A stretch of DNA of 64,000 nucleotides, taken from a virus. The notes below the pieces were generated by a model that was not told the DNA's origin, ran no database searches, and saw only the letters and a list, made by a program, of their open reading frames with translations. This document shows, piece by piece, positions 1 to 10,074 of this stretch. The stretch lies in IMG/VR virus record IMGVR_UViG_3300046002_008717, positions 1 through 64,000 of that record. One strand, given 5' to 3'. Position numbers and translations under genes: made by a program. Positions within the stretch are counted from its first letter, which is position 1. Each line of letters begins with the position of its first letter.

Positions 1-56
1 AAATGATCTATAAAACGTTAAAAGTATATTATGTAAATATTTACGTTTTTTTAATA

Positions 57-64
57 GATATATA
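57..64 (+). promoter_or_regulatory. Putative late promoter motif GATATATA
   Basis: Same octamer recurs a short distance upstream of virion gene starts (613, 5711, 20460, 52088, 57278, 63232). Confidence 0.5.
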
Positions 65-102
65 TGTCTCTATAATACAAATTAAACTAAAAAAATTAAA
101 TT

Positions 103-495
103 ATGAAAAAAACATTATTATTGATTGCACTATTATTCGGTACTGCAATATTTGCACAAGGTGGCGACATTGTAGCAGTTCCGACATTATGGGATACTAT
201 AGTTACTATATTCGTTCCTGCAATACTAGCTCAAACTTTAGTACTTTTTGCTGATGCTAAAAAATATTACAGTAGTGAAATCTGGTCTTGGTCTATTTTC
301 TTTGGTACAAAGATTAAACCATTCCTTATTACTACATTTGGTGGGGTAGCACTATATGTAATATTACAATTAGTACCTACCACACAGCCATTTATTGAAA
401 TTTTCGTTGGATCCCCTATCGCTTCATATAGCGCTGCTGCTTTATTTGGTGCTGCTGCTGCAATCGTTGATGGATTTACAAAGAAAAGTAAATAA
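103..495 (+). CDS. Membrane protein with signal peptide (possible lysis/holin-like protein)
   Basis: MKKTLLLIALLFGTAIFAQ signal peptide followed by about three hydrophobic segments and a basic C-terminus; function not identifiable. Confidence 0.55.
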   Translation: MKKTLLLIALLFGTAIFAQGGDIVAVPTLWDTIVTIFVPAILAQTLVLFADAKKYYSSEIWSWSIFFGTKIKPFLITTFGGVALYVILQLVPTTQPFIEIFVGSPIASYSAAALFGAAAAIVDGFTKKSK

Positions 496-537
496 TACTA
501 AAAAGATATAAATTCTTTAAATAGATATATATTAAAT

Positions 538-565
538 AAAAAAGGAGCCTTCAGGCTCCTTTTTT
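538..565 (+). terminator. Rho-independent terminator
   Basis: aaaaaaggagcc-ttca-ggctcctttttt perfect hairpin with T tract. Confidence 0.9.
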
Positions 566-612
566 ATTGTAGAAAACTTTTTTATAACCATACTTTAAAA
601 AATTAGTTTTTT

Positions 613-620
613 GATATATA
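613..620 (+). promoter_or_regulatory. Putative late promoter motif GATATATA
   Basis: Follows the terminator and lies 22 nt upstream of the fibre ATG at 643. Confidence 0.6.
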
Positions 621-642
621 CATAAATAAGATTTTAGATCAG

Positions 643-2400
643 ATGGCATATAGAATAATACTAAGAAAAGATACATCGACAAAATGGGCAAAGAATAATC
701 CAGTTTTATTGGACGGCGAACCTGGCTACGAAACAGATTCTCGTATGATGAAAATGGGAGATGGTATTACTCCCTGGGCATCACTAAATTATTATATAAC
801 TGGACCAACTGGTGCTGCTGGTATAGGAATTACCGGATCATCAGGAGCAACTGGTGCTACAGGAATAGGAATAACAGGAGCAAACGGAGCAACTGGAAGT
901 GCAGGATCATCAGGAATAGGAACGCCTGGACCTACTGGCGCGGATGGTATAGGTATTACTGGTCCTACTGGAGCTACAGGTGCTGATGGTATAGGTATTA
1001 CTGGTCCAGGAATGATAGATAAAACAAAAACAGAATTAGATGCTTTAATATTAGCTAATGGATTAATACCAGGTACAACTTATCAAATATCAGGGGTTCA
1101 TCCAACTCTTTATGATGATGGAACTACATCGGGGACTACTATATTCTTAACCGCACTTACTATAAATGAGCTAAGTAAGGAAGGATATGGTGAGTTTTGG
1201 AATCCAAAATATGATACTAATTTCATTTGGAATAATAGAGGTACATGGGTTGCAACACTTATTGGAGGGATTAAACCAGATAGGGATGAGCCGATCACTG
1301 GTGATAATGGTGCAACCGGTGATTTATTTGGTAATTTCTATAGTAATAAATTTGTACCGACTAGTGGTACTTGGTCTACAGTAACTATTATTACCGGAAA
1401 CTATTCGGGTTTTAGTGCAAGCGTATCATCAATTACATTACCTGCATATAGCATCGGAAATAAAGTAATATGGGGTGGGTATACATGGACAAATTTAACA
1501 GGTAATATAGGTACGTATACCGATGGATTTCTATTGGATAATGTAAATTGGTTAAAGGATACATATGATACGATAAACTATAATAGAGTTATCGATACTA
1601 TAGAATATGACCATATAACTGATAGAATTAAAAGAAGAAGGGATGTATATAAAAACGATGTTTCTGATGATGATGGTGTTATCTCCCCTATAAAAGCATT
1701 CATGTTCGGAAATTCGCTAGTTAGTAAAAATATAGTAACTGGTGATTCATTTGTGGATAATATCAATTTCGATGGAAGCTACTTCACCGATAATATATTT
1801 ACCGTCTCTTATTTTGAAAGTAATATGATAGTTGGCGGTTTAGCCAGAGTACAAAATAATATAGTTACTAATAGTTCCATTAACACCAATATATTAACAG
1901 ATAATTCAAGAATATCGGATAACACTATATCTAGTTATTCGAATATTTCTGATTGCTTACTTAGTAATACCACTATTATAGAATTTAATATGGTTTTAGA
2001 CAGGAGTTATATACAATATAATACGCTGAGCGGAAATTCATCAATAAAAGATAATTTTTTACAGGGAAATAGTGGTATAGATAGCGACATACTTAGAAAT
2101 GCAAATATAGTCTCAAATAAGTTTTATAATAGTTATTTCTTTTATCATGATTTTACAAGCTGTAATATATACGAATGCTATTTCTATAGCAGTGAAATAG
2201 ATAGTCAAATCTGGACATCAAAAACCATGGGATATTTAACTATGGAAATAGGTGGTGGTAGCTTTAGTACAAATTTAAGTGCGGCAACCATAATATTTGG
2301 ATCTTATCCTAAAACAATATATAAAAGGCCGGATGGATCATTTAGATTAAGATATTATGATAATTCAGATACACTTACAATTACTACAATTACTACATAA
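643..2400 (+). CDS. Tail fibre/receptor-binding protein: Mtd-like N-terminus, collagen-like G-X-T repeat, beta-helix C-terminus
   Basis: [12 protein letters not shown]...[13 protein letters not shown]...KMGDG..W..L N-terminal motif; [12 protein letters not shown] repeats; Asn/Ser/Ile-rich periodic C-terminal half. Confidence 0.8.
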   Translation: MAYRIILRKDTSTKWAKNNPVLLDGEPGYETDSRMMKMGDGITPWASLNYYITGPTGAAGIGITGSSGATGATGIGITGANGATGSAGSSGIGTPGPTGADGIGITGPTGATGADGIGITGPGMIDKTKTELDALILANGLIPGTTYQISGVHPTLYDDGTTSGTTIFLTALTINELSKEGYGEFWNPKYDTNFIWNNRGTWVATLIGGIKPDRDEPITGDNGATGDLFGNFYSNKFVPTSGTWSTVTIITGNYSGFSASVSSITLPAYSIGNKVIWGGYTWTNLTGNIGTYTDGFLLDNVNWLKDTYDTINYNRVIDTIEYDHITDRIKRRRDVYKNDVSDDDGVISPIKAFMFGNSLVSKNIVTGDSFVDNINFDGSYFTDNIFTVSYFESNMIVGGLARVQNNIVTNSSINTNILTDNSRISDNTISSYSNISDCLLSNTTIIEFNMVLDRSYIQYNTLSGNSSIKDNFLQGNSGIDSDILRNANIVSNKFYNSYFFYHDFTSCNIYECYFYSSEIDSQIWTSKTMGYLTMEIGGGSFSTNLSAATIIFGSYPKTIYKRPDGSFRLRYYDNSDTLTITTITT

Positions 2401-2418
2401 AAATATAATTTATACGAA

Positions 2419-4251
2419 ATGGCATACAGAATAGTATTAAGAAGAGATACATCAGTAAATTGGGAAGAAAACAATCCAGTATTACTATCAGGTGAACCCG
2501 GATATGAAACAGATTCACATATGATGAAGATGGGTGATGGTATTACTCCCTGGGCATCATTGGATTATTATATTACTGGATCAACCGGTCCAATAGGAGC
2601 AACTGGTGCTAACGGTATGGGTATTACTGGAGCTGCAGGTGCTGATGGTATAGGAATTACCGGACCTACTGGAGCTACTGGTGCTGATGGTATAGGAATT
2701 ACCGGATCGGGAATTATAAATAAAACAAAAATAGAATTAGATGCTTTAATATTATCTAATGGATTAGTAGCAGGAGCTATTTATAAAATAACTGGTGTTC
2801 ATCCAACTCTTTATGATGATGGAACTACATCAGGGACTACTATATTTTTACAAGCTCTTACATCGAATACACTTTCCAAAGATGGACACGGTGAATTTTG
2901 GAATCCAAAATATAATAATACATTGTCTGGTTTTGGTATATGGAGCAATAGAAGTACATTAACGAGTGGATATGGTGCAACAGCGGTTGGCATTTTTATT
3001 CATAATGAAATTATTACTGCAAGCACCGGTGCAACAGCTAATATGGTTTGCGTTCCTTTTTCATCAGCACTTTCAGAAAGATATAGTTATGTTGCTATTA
3101 CTGATCCAATTGGAGATTGGTCGATAGCAACCAGTATTACTGGGAATACATCCGGTGCTACATTAACGATTTCTAGTTATACCCCAGCAAATTATAACAT
3201 AAATGATAAAGTTATTTGGGGTGGATATTCATGGACTAATGTTAATGGAAATATAGGTTCAGCTTCTAATGTTTTAAGTTTAGATGCAGAATGGACCAAA
3301 GACATATATTCTATTACTGATTATAATAGAGTCATAGATGTTATTTCATATGATTATATTAATGATTTAATTGTTAGACGACTGGAGGTTGAAGGCAATA
3401 ATGAAGTTACTACTAGCAAAGAAAATATTGATCATTTAAGTTCGCAATATGGATTATCATTTGGTAATGAACCAATAAATGTGTTTATGTGGGGAAATGT
3501 AACTCTATATAATGGGATTTTTAATAATAAATGCGATAGCAGTTACTTTGAATGTATTAACTTCCAGGGAAGTTATATAAATGGCAATACCATTAAAACG
3601 AATAGTGCTTTTTATAATAATTTAATTATAGAATCAAGTTATTTAGAGTATTTAGAAATAAAAGATGTTAGTTATATCTATGGTAATATTTTATTAGGAT
3701 CGACCATACGGGATACGCAGATAATTGATCATAGTCGTATTATATCAAATAGCATGACAAATTCCGGCATATATTCTCAATCGATGATTAATAATGGAAT
3801 TATTAATAATAATACTATATACATAGGTGAAATTGGTTCAATTATAAATAATAATGGATCCATTGAAAATAATTTGGTATGGCAAGGTTCCATTAAAAAT
3901 AATCATATTAAGCAAGGAGGAATTAGTGGATGTGATTTAAAAATAGGACATATTGAAAATTTAATATTAAATTTATCTACAATAAGTAATACCGCGTTAT
4001 ATACGGAATCGTATATAAGTAATAGTATTTTTAATAATAGTTCAATAGAATTAGGTTTACTGAATCCATTATCTACAAAAACGATTACTAATCTGATAAT
4101 GGAAACGTCTGATATTATCGTTGATATCTCATTAGCCACATTAATATTTGGGAGTTATTCTAAAACAGTTTACCAAAGACCCGATGGAACTGTAAAAATA
4201 AGATGGTATAATGATAGCGATGTTCTTGCTATAGGAGATATAACAGATTAA
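2419..4251 (+). CDS. Tail fibre/receptor-binding protein, paralog of 643..2400
   Basis: Same N-terminal motif, collagen-like repeat, shared [19 protein letters not shown] block and similar C-terminal IFGSY.KT.Y.RPDG. Confidence 0.8.
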   Translation: MAYRIVLRRDTSVNWEENNPVLLSGEPGYETDSHMMKMGDGITPWASLDYYITGSTGPIGATGANGMGITGAAGADGIGITGPTGATGADGIGITGSGIINKTKIELDALILSNGLVAGAIYKITGVHPTLYDDGTTSGTTIFLQALTSNTLSKDGHGEFWNPKYNNTLSGFGIWSNRSTLTSGYGATAVGIFIHNEIITASTGATANMVCVPFSSALSERYSYVAITDPIGDWSIATSITGNTSGATLTISSYTPANYNINDKVIWGGYSWTNVNGNIGSASNVLSLDAEWTKDIYSITDYNRVIDVISYDYINDLIVRRLEVEGNNEVTTSKENIDHLSSQYGLSFGNEPINVFMWGNVTLYNGIFNNKCDSSYFECINFQGSYINGNTIKTNSAFYNNLIIESSYLEYLEIKDVSYIYGNILLGSTIRDTQIIDHSRIISNSMTNSGIYSQSMINNGIINNNTIYIGEIGSIINNNGSIENNLVWQGSIKNNHIKQGGISGCDLKIGHIENLILNLSTISNTALYTESYISNSIFNNSSIELGLLNPLSTKTITNLIMETSDIIVDISLATLIFGSYSKTVYQRPDGTVKIRWYNDSDVLAIGDITD

Positions 4252-4266
4252 AAAAATAAAAATATA

Positions 4267-5703
4267 ATGATAATATATTCACCAAAAACAGTAAATGATT
4301 TACAAGCAAATTCAGAGGGAATAATAGATGGGGTAGTTCCAAATTCTCTCAATTTAACAATAATAGGTACACCGTACAAACCTCTAGGATTAGCATTACA
4401 ACCACCAATAATATTAGCAACTTCAAGCGGGATACATACCAGTACTATTTCAAAAGTTATATATGATTTTACATTTAATGAATCGGGTCAAAATGATCAC
4501 ATAACTACGCTAGCATTTAATGATTTGGAAGGAATTGTTAGTAATTTTTTTCCTAGCAACATGACAGGTCTAACTACATTATCATTACCCTTATTAAGTA
4601 TAGTGATGGGAGATTTCAAGCCACAATATTTACCGTTACTTACAACTTTAAATATAAATTCATTAGAAAATATAGTTGGTAATTTTAATCCAAATAATAT
4701 GAATATATTAACTACGTTAAGTGCTCCTTCATTAAAAAGAATATATGATATAAATATCACTAGCATCCCATTATTGTCAACTTTAAGTTTACCAATGTTA
4801 ACTACTTTACATAATTTTAATAATACATTACCCATAACAACATTAGATTTATCGAGTTTAACAACATGTAATATATTTTCACCAACTTTAAATAATCTAA
4901 CTACATTAAGTCTAGATAATCTAACTACATGTAAAACGTTTGAACCTATTTTTGGTTTAGTAACATCACTGACCATGAATTTATTAGATGCAACGTCTTC
5001 TTTTGGCCCGAGAGGAGATTCTATAACATCACTGGTTATGACATCGCCAACATTGGTAAACTTTCATCCTATGTATATGAATGCATTAGCAACATATACA
5101 AATACAACGTTATTAAATCTTAGTGGTTATTTTTATATGTCGGGGATGAATGCAATGACGTATCTCAGTTTTACTAATCTAACTACGATAGTAAAAGAAT
5201 TCTATCTTCAATATGATTTTCCATTATTGAATTCTATCGATTTTCCTATGTTAGCAAGTGTTGGTATATTTGAATTCACAAATCTTAATAGTTTAACAAT
5301 CATAAATTTACCCAGTTTACAAACAGCAACTAGAATAGCTATTTCTAATATGCCACTATTAACTACAATTAGTCTTCTCTCGTTAGTATCAGTAGGCGGC
5401 ACAATAACAACATCGGTTACACCTAATATAGAAAGTATAAATATTGGTACTATAGGTACGCTTAAAAATATCGGAGGTAATATATCGTTTACTGATATAA
5501 AGTTAACATTAGTATCGGTTGAACACATATTAGGAGTACTTGCATCATTAGATGGTACAAATGGAACTACCACTTGGGGTACAGGAAGAACCTTAAATAT
5601 ATCAGGAGGTACTAGTGCAGGTTTAGCTTCGTTATCATCACAAGGAATAATAGATAGAAATGTTATAATTGCTAGAGGTGGTACAGTAACAATGAATGCT
5701 TAA
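4267..5703 (+). CDS. Leucine-rich-repeat (receptor L-domain-like) protein, probably virion-associated
   Basis: Repeated LTTLSLPLL / LTTLNINSLENIVGNF units of about 22 aa; follows the fibre genes in the same operon. Confidence 0.65.
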   Translation: MIIYSPKTVNDLQANSEGIIDGVVPNSLNLTIIGTPYKPLGLALQPPIILATSSGIHTSTISKVIYDFTFNESGQNDHITTLAFNDLEGIVSNFFPSNMTGLTTLSLPLLSIVMGDFKPQYLPLLTTLNINSLENIVGNFNPNNMNILTTLSAPSLKRIYDINITSIPLLSTLSLPMLTTLHNFNNTLPITTLDLSSLTTCNIFSPTLNNLTTLSLDNLTTCKTFEPIFGLVTSLTMNLLDATSSFGPRGDSITSLVMTSPTLVNFHPMYMNALATYTNTTLLNLSGYFYMSGMNAMTYLSFTNLTTIVKEFYLQYDFPLLNSIDFPMLASVGIFEFTNLNSLTIINLPSLQTATRIAISNMPLLTTISLLSLVSVGGTITTSVTPNIESINIGTIGTLKNIGGNISFTDIKLTLVSVEHILGVLASLDGTNGTTTWGTGRTLNISGGTSAGLASLSSQGIIDRNVIIARGGTVTMNA

Positions 5704-5722
5704 ATATAAAGATATATAAGAC

Positions 5723-6871
5723 ATGGAAAATAAAATGATGAATTTCGAGGAATTCGAGAAAATTAATGAATCTATAGACATAGATTCTATACAAAAAATA
5801 ACTAATCTTGATAGAGATATTGTAAAAAATTCTATATCTAATTTATCAGTGGGTAAGGAATTATCACAATTAGACAAAAATGATATTAAGGTATTACAAG
5901 GTATAGTTGCTGTAGTACCAGATGGTATTTATGGAGCTAAAACTAGAAGTGCGGTTAAGAAATATCAGGAATCAACATTAAAAATGTCAGATTCAGATCC
6001 GATTAAATCTAAAAGACCTGATGGTATATGGGGTCCGGAAACAGCAAAAATAGCATTTCCTGACAAAGCCAATACAGAAAAATCTTCAAAAATAGAAAAT
6101 ACTAAAAAGCCTAAAGAAAAAAATCAAAAAACTTATTTATTCTTCAATGGTAATAAATTGGATTTTATAGAAAATGGTAAAATAGTAAAAACGTGGAAAG
6201 CAATATCAGGTAGAACATATTATCACTGGAACGTAAAGCCTGAGATATGGGAAAAAAGATATACTATTTCACCAGTAGAATTATCAAAAGTAAAGCAGGA
6301 AGGACCAATACCTCAGGGAAACTATACGCTAGGTTCTACTCAAACTAGACCGACCGATGATAAGTGGAGAACTGATCAGGAATACATTAAAAAAACATTA
6401 TCGGAAGTTACAGTAGCTGGTTTACCTGGTGCAAATTTTCAGCCAGATACCCACGAATTCTACGATAATACACCATTATCACTAATGGCCTGGGGTAACT
6501 GTAGATGGGCAATTATACCAAATAAAGATACTAATACCTATGGAAGAGGAAGTTTCTATTTGCATGGTGGAGGAACTCCTGGATCTATAGGATGTATAGA
6601 TCTAGTAACAGAATCACCAGAATTTCTGAAATATTACGAAGCATGGAGGAAAAAAACGGGAAATAGTACAATAGCATTAAAAGTTGATTATTCAACTTTT
6701 AATAAAAATGTACCTATTGACGTAGCATCACAACCATATAAAATGATATCGCCTAAACGACCTGATAAAATAACATGGTATAACGAAACAGATTCGGTAA
6801 TAAAAGATACACTAACTAAGAATAAAATACGTATAAGATATCCGGAAACTTTGAATGCTAGGAAAATATAA
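5723..6871 (+). CDS. Peptidoglycan-binding protein with Tlde1/DUF2778-like L,D-transpeptidase-fold domain
   Basis: IKVLQ...PDGIYGAKTRSAVKKYQ and PDGIWGPET PG-binding motifs; GPIPQGNY and GRGSFYLHGGGTPGSIGCI (HxxxxxxSxGC) catalytic motif. Confidence 0.75.
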   Translation: MENKMMNFEEFEKINESIDIDSIQKITNLDRDIVKNSISNLSVGKELSQLDKNDIKVLQGIVAVVPDGIYGAKTRSAVKKYQESTLKMSDSDPIKSKRPDGIWGPETAKIAFPDKANTEKSSKIENTKKPKEKNQKTYLFFNGNKLDFIENGKIVKTWKAISGRTYYHWNVKPEIWEKRYTISPVELSKVKQEGPIPQGNYTLGSTQTRPTDDKWRTDQEYIKKTLSEVTVAGLPGANFQPDTHEFYDNTPLSLMAWGNCRWAIIPNKDTNTYGRGSFYLHGGGTPGSIGCIDLVTESPEFLKYYEAWRKKTGNSTIALKVDYSTFNKNVPIDVASQPYKMISPKRPDKITWYNETDSVIKDTLTKNKIRIRYPETLNARKI

Positions 6872-6938
6872 TTTTTTTTACTCGAAATTTTATTTTATTT
6901 TTGCATAAAAATATAAATGCAACATCAAATAAATTAAA

Positions 6939-9002
6939 ATGAGCGAAGAAAAACCTAAACCCCCTTATAACAGTAGTAATTCAGATAATACTGGATCCAA
7001 TGATCCAGTATATAAAAAATCACAAAACAAAACTCCATTTCTAGATCAATACTCAACAGATCTTACGTTTATGGCTGCTAACGAAGAACTCGATATTATA
7101 ATAGGAAGAGATGAGGAAATAGAAAGGGTCTCACAGATATTATCAAGAAGGAAAAAAAATAATCCAATTTTAATAGGAGAACCGGGTGTTGGTAAAACTG
7201 CAATTGCTGAGGGCCTTGCTATAAAAATAATACAAAGAAGAGTTTCTAGAGGATTACTTAATAAGAGAGTGCTTATGCTAGATTTGGGTTCATTAGTAGC
7301 AGGAACCAAATATAGAGGACAGTTTGAAGAAAGAATTAAATCTATATTAGAAGAATTAAAAAACAATAAGGATATCATAATTTTTATAGATGAAATACAT
7401 ACCATGATAGGTGCTGGTGGATCATCTGGATCCTTAGATGCATCTAATATGTTTAAACCTGTTTTATCCAGAGGGGAAATTCAGTGTATAGGTGCTACTA
7501 CGTTAAATGAATATAGACAATATATAGAAAAAGACGGAGCTTTAGAAAGAAGATTTCAAAAAGTAATAATAAATCCACCTAGTGCAGAAGTTACTATAGA
7601 TATATTAAACAACGTAAAAAGTAAATACGAAGAGCATCATAATGTTACTTATACTCAAGAGGCTATAATAAACTGTGTAAAGCTAACCGAACGCTATATA
7701 ACGGATCGAAATTTTCCAGACAAAGCTTTAGATGCTTTAGATGAAGCGGGCAGTAGAACGCAACTACATGATGTTAAAATACCTAATAGCATAACTAAGT
7801 TAGAAAAAGATTTAACGATTCTGGAGGTAAATAAAAAAGCATCAGTTAAAAAACAGGATTATGAAAAAGCTGCTAGTTTTAGAGATGAACAGAAAAAAAT
7901 GGAAATCACTCTAGAAAGAGAATTAAAACTATGGGAAGAAAAGCTAAAGGATAAAAGAAAAATAGTAGATGGCGATAAAGTAGCAGAGGTCGTTTCCATG
8001 ATGTCAGGTGTTCCTCTTAAGAAAGTATCGGAAGGGGAAAATACGAAACTTGCAAATATGGATGCCATATTAAAAAGCAAAGTTATCGGTCAAGATCATG
8101 CAATAGAAAAAATAGCTAGATCTATATTAAGAAATAGGATGGGATTAAAAGATCCAAATAAACCAATCGGATCATTTCTTTTTTTAGGTCCTACTGGTGT
8201 GGGTAAAACACATCTAGCAAAAAAACTAGCTGAATATATGTTTGGCGATAGTGATTCTTTGATAAGAGTGGACATGAGCGAATATATGGAAAAATTCGAT
8301 GCAACTAAAATGATAGGATCTCCTCCTGGATACGTTGGTCATGAAGATGGTGGTCAATTAACAGAAAAAGTTAGAAGAAAACCATATTCAATTATACTTT
8401 TCGACGAAGTTGAAAAAGCTCATCCTGACATATTCAATATATTATTACAGGTTTTGGATGAAGGACATTTAACAGACGGAGCAGGAAGAAAAATCGATTT
8501 CAAAAATACTCTTATTATATTAACATCAAACGTAGGTCAAAGAAGATTACAAGAATTTGGATCGGGAGTAGGTTTTTCTACAGCTAGTAAAAACACACAA
8601 AAAGACATTGAAAATGAAATGCTGTTAAAAAAAGAATTGGAGAAAAAATTTCAACCTGAATTTATAAATAGATTAGATGATATCATATACTTTAAAAATT
8701 TAAACCAGGAAGATATACTAAAAGTACTAAATATAGAATTAGGAAAAACTTTACCTAGATTGGAAGATATGGGTTATAAAATTATAGTAACACAAGATCT
8801 TAAAGAAAAAATAGCAAACATTGGATTTGATCCTAAATTTGGAGCTAGACCATTAAAAAGAATAATACAAAAATATATAGAGGATACGCTAGCTGATCTT
8901 ATGGTTCAAAATAAACTACCAGCAGGATCTACAGTAACTCTATCATACGACAAAACAAAAGAAAACACATTACAATATCCAGTTAAGATTAAAATAAAAT
9001 AA
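6939..9002 (+). CDS. clpC: ClpC-like AAA+ unfoldase lacking the N-terminal Clp-repeat domain
   Basis: Two Walker A motifs (GEPGVGKT, GPTGVGKT), IFIDEIH, LERRFQ, UVR-type QDYEKAASFRD, GSPPGYVG, VGF loop, FGARPLKR. Confidence 0.9.
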   Translation: MSEEKPKPPYNSSNSDNTGSNDPVYKKSQNKTPFLDQYSTDLTFMAANEELDIIIGRDEEIERVSQILSRRKKNNPILIGEPGVGKTAIAEGLAIKIIQRRVSRGLLNKRVLMLDLGSLVAGTKYRGQFEERIKSILEELKNNKDIIIFIDEIHTMIGAGGSSGSLDASNMFKPVLSRGEIQCIGATTLNEYRQYIEKDGALERRFQKVIINPPSAEVTIDILNNVKSKYEEHHNVTYTQEAIINCVKLTERYITDRNFPDKALDALDEAGSRTQLHDVKIPNSITKLEKDLTILEVNKKASVKKQDYEKAASFRDEQKKMEITLERELKLWEEKLKDKRKIVDGDKVAEVVSMMSGVPLKKVSEGENTKLANMDAILKSKVIGQDHAIEKIARSILRNRMGLKDPNKPIGSFLFLGPTGVGKTHLAKKLAEYMFGDSDSLIRVDMSEYMEKFDATKMIGSPPGYVGHEDGGQLTEKVRRKPYSIILFDEVEKAHPDIFNILLQVLDEGHLTDGAGRKIDFKNTLIILTSNVGQRRLQEFGSGVGFSTASKNTQKDIENEMLLKKELEKKFQPEFINRLDDIIYFKNLNQEDILKVLNIELGKTLPRLEDMGYKIIVTQDLKEKIANIGFDPKFGARPLKRIIQKYIEDTLADLMVQNKLPAGSTVTLSYDKTKENTLQYPVKIKIK

Positions 9003-9006
9003 AAAT

Positions 9007-9042
9007 AAAAAAAGCTAATGATTTATATCATTAGCTTTTTTT
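9007..9042 (+). terminator. Rho-independent terminator
   Basis: aaaaaaagctaatgat-ttat-atcattagctttttt hairpin just after clpC. Confidence 0.85.
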
Positions 9043-9094
9043 ATAAATTAAGGTATTTTTTACTTATTGTTATATATAGAAATAATAAATAAAA

Positions 9095-9313
9095 ATGATT
9101 ACCAGCAATAGCGAAAATAATACAGAGAAGCAAACTATACTTAATGAAAATATGTTTCTCAAGAATAAAATAATATATTCCATAGGCTCATTAGAAACTA
9201 TTAATTATATACTTAATGATAGTGAAAATATACACGAAATGTCAGATAAAAAACTAGAGCATCTAAAAACTACTATAAATAGAGCATTAGAAAATCTCAG
9301 GGATATAACTTAA
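9095..9313 (+). CDS. Hypothetical protein
   Basis: 72-aa ORF preceded by a GTTATATATA late-like motif; convergent with GT7. Confidence 0.5.
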   Translation: MITSNSENNTEKQTILNENMFLKNKIIYSIGSLETINYILNDSENIHEMSDKKLEHLKTTINRALENLRDIT

Positions 9314-9966
9314 AGAGTTACACTTATAAATTTTGAATACTGAGAAAGTTTTTTCTCTCCTATTTTTTTATATTCTAATGTAGATAAACCATCTCCCATT
9401 ATATACTCATGCGTTGGATTTTTTTGAAATAAAGCTAGTCTTTCCAAATTCTTATAGTACGGTGCTCTATTAATTATTCTTTCGTGATCTAGAGATGAAT
9501 ATCTACAATTTTTTCTGGAAACCGGTACATCCATTATAAGACACCTATGTAATACATCATCATCTTCTGCACCCCATCCCCAATACTCGTTGGCATACCC
9601 GTTTATTTTTTTAAAGCTTGATTTATCAAATATGGTAACGCCCCCAAAATATCCCTCATATGGTAATTTATAACCGAATTGTTCAGCTTCGGAAGCTAAA
9701 TGAGTAGGGCAATCAACATAACTATAATCTGAATCTACAGGTAGCATATCAACATCATGGAAAGCAAAATAATCAAAATCTGATGCTAATTCAAATCCAA
9801 TATTTAATAATTTACCTCTATTGAAATCTTTATTATCCCCCTGATTTATTACAAATATATTAAATTGTATGCCATCTTCCTTCATAGATTTTTCCATATG
9901 TGGTATGAATTTTTTAAGATGTTCTTTTCTATCTCTGTATGGGACAATAATAGCTAATTTTTCCAT
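9310..9966 (-). CDS. GT7 family beta-1,4-galactosyltransferase-like protein
   Basis: KLAIIVPYRDR, FNRGKLLNIGF, FHDVDMLP, YFGGV, NGYANEYWGWGAEDDD; start moved to MEKLAII at 9966. Confidence 0.92.
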   Translation of the reverse strand: MEKLAIIVPYRDRKEHLKKFIPHMEKSMKEDGIQFNIFVINQGDNKDFNRGKLLNIGFELASDFDYFAFHDVDMLPVDSDYSYVDCPTHLASEAEQFGYKLPYEGYFGGVTIFDKSSFKKINGYANEYWGWGAEDDDVLHRCLIMDVPVSRKNCRYSSLDHERIINRAPYYKNLERLALFQKNPTHEYIMGDGLSTLEYKKIGEKKLSQYSKFISVTL

Positions 9967-9980
9967 AATATAGTTTATTT

Positions 9981-10047
9981 TTTTTAGTTTGATATTGGTA
10001 ATTAGTTTCATTAATAATGAAACTATACGGTCACAAAATACTAATAT
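9981..10047. promoter_or_regulatory. Back-to-back GAAAC-N18-TAnnAW promoters for GT7 (-) and the GT11 operon (+)
   Basis: Inverted repeat gtttcatt-aat-aatgaaac; + strand GAAAC 10019-10023, N18, TAATAT; - strand GAAAC 10009-10005, N18, TAAAAA. Confidence 0.55.
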
Positions 10048-10074
10048 GTATAGAGGATTTTAAATAAATTAATA

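Noticed and set aside
12-52. aaaacgttaaaagt as a third copy of the duplicated element
   Set aside because: Only about 12 nt match; it looks instead like part of an imperfect terminator-like hairpin ending acgttttttt
3-254. 83-aa ORF at the window start
   Set aside because: Overlaps the better-supported 103..495 gene and runs through hairpin and promoter DNA
643-4251. Diversity-generating retroelement suggested by the Mtd-like N-termini
   Set aside because: No reverse transcriptase and no TR/VR pair differing only at adenines was seen; this N-terminal domain is a generic fibre anchor
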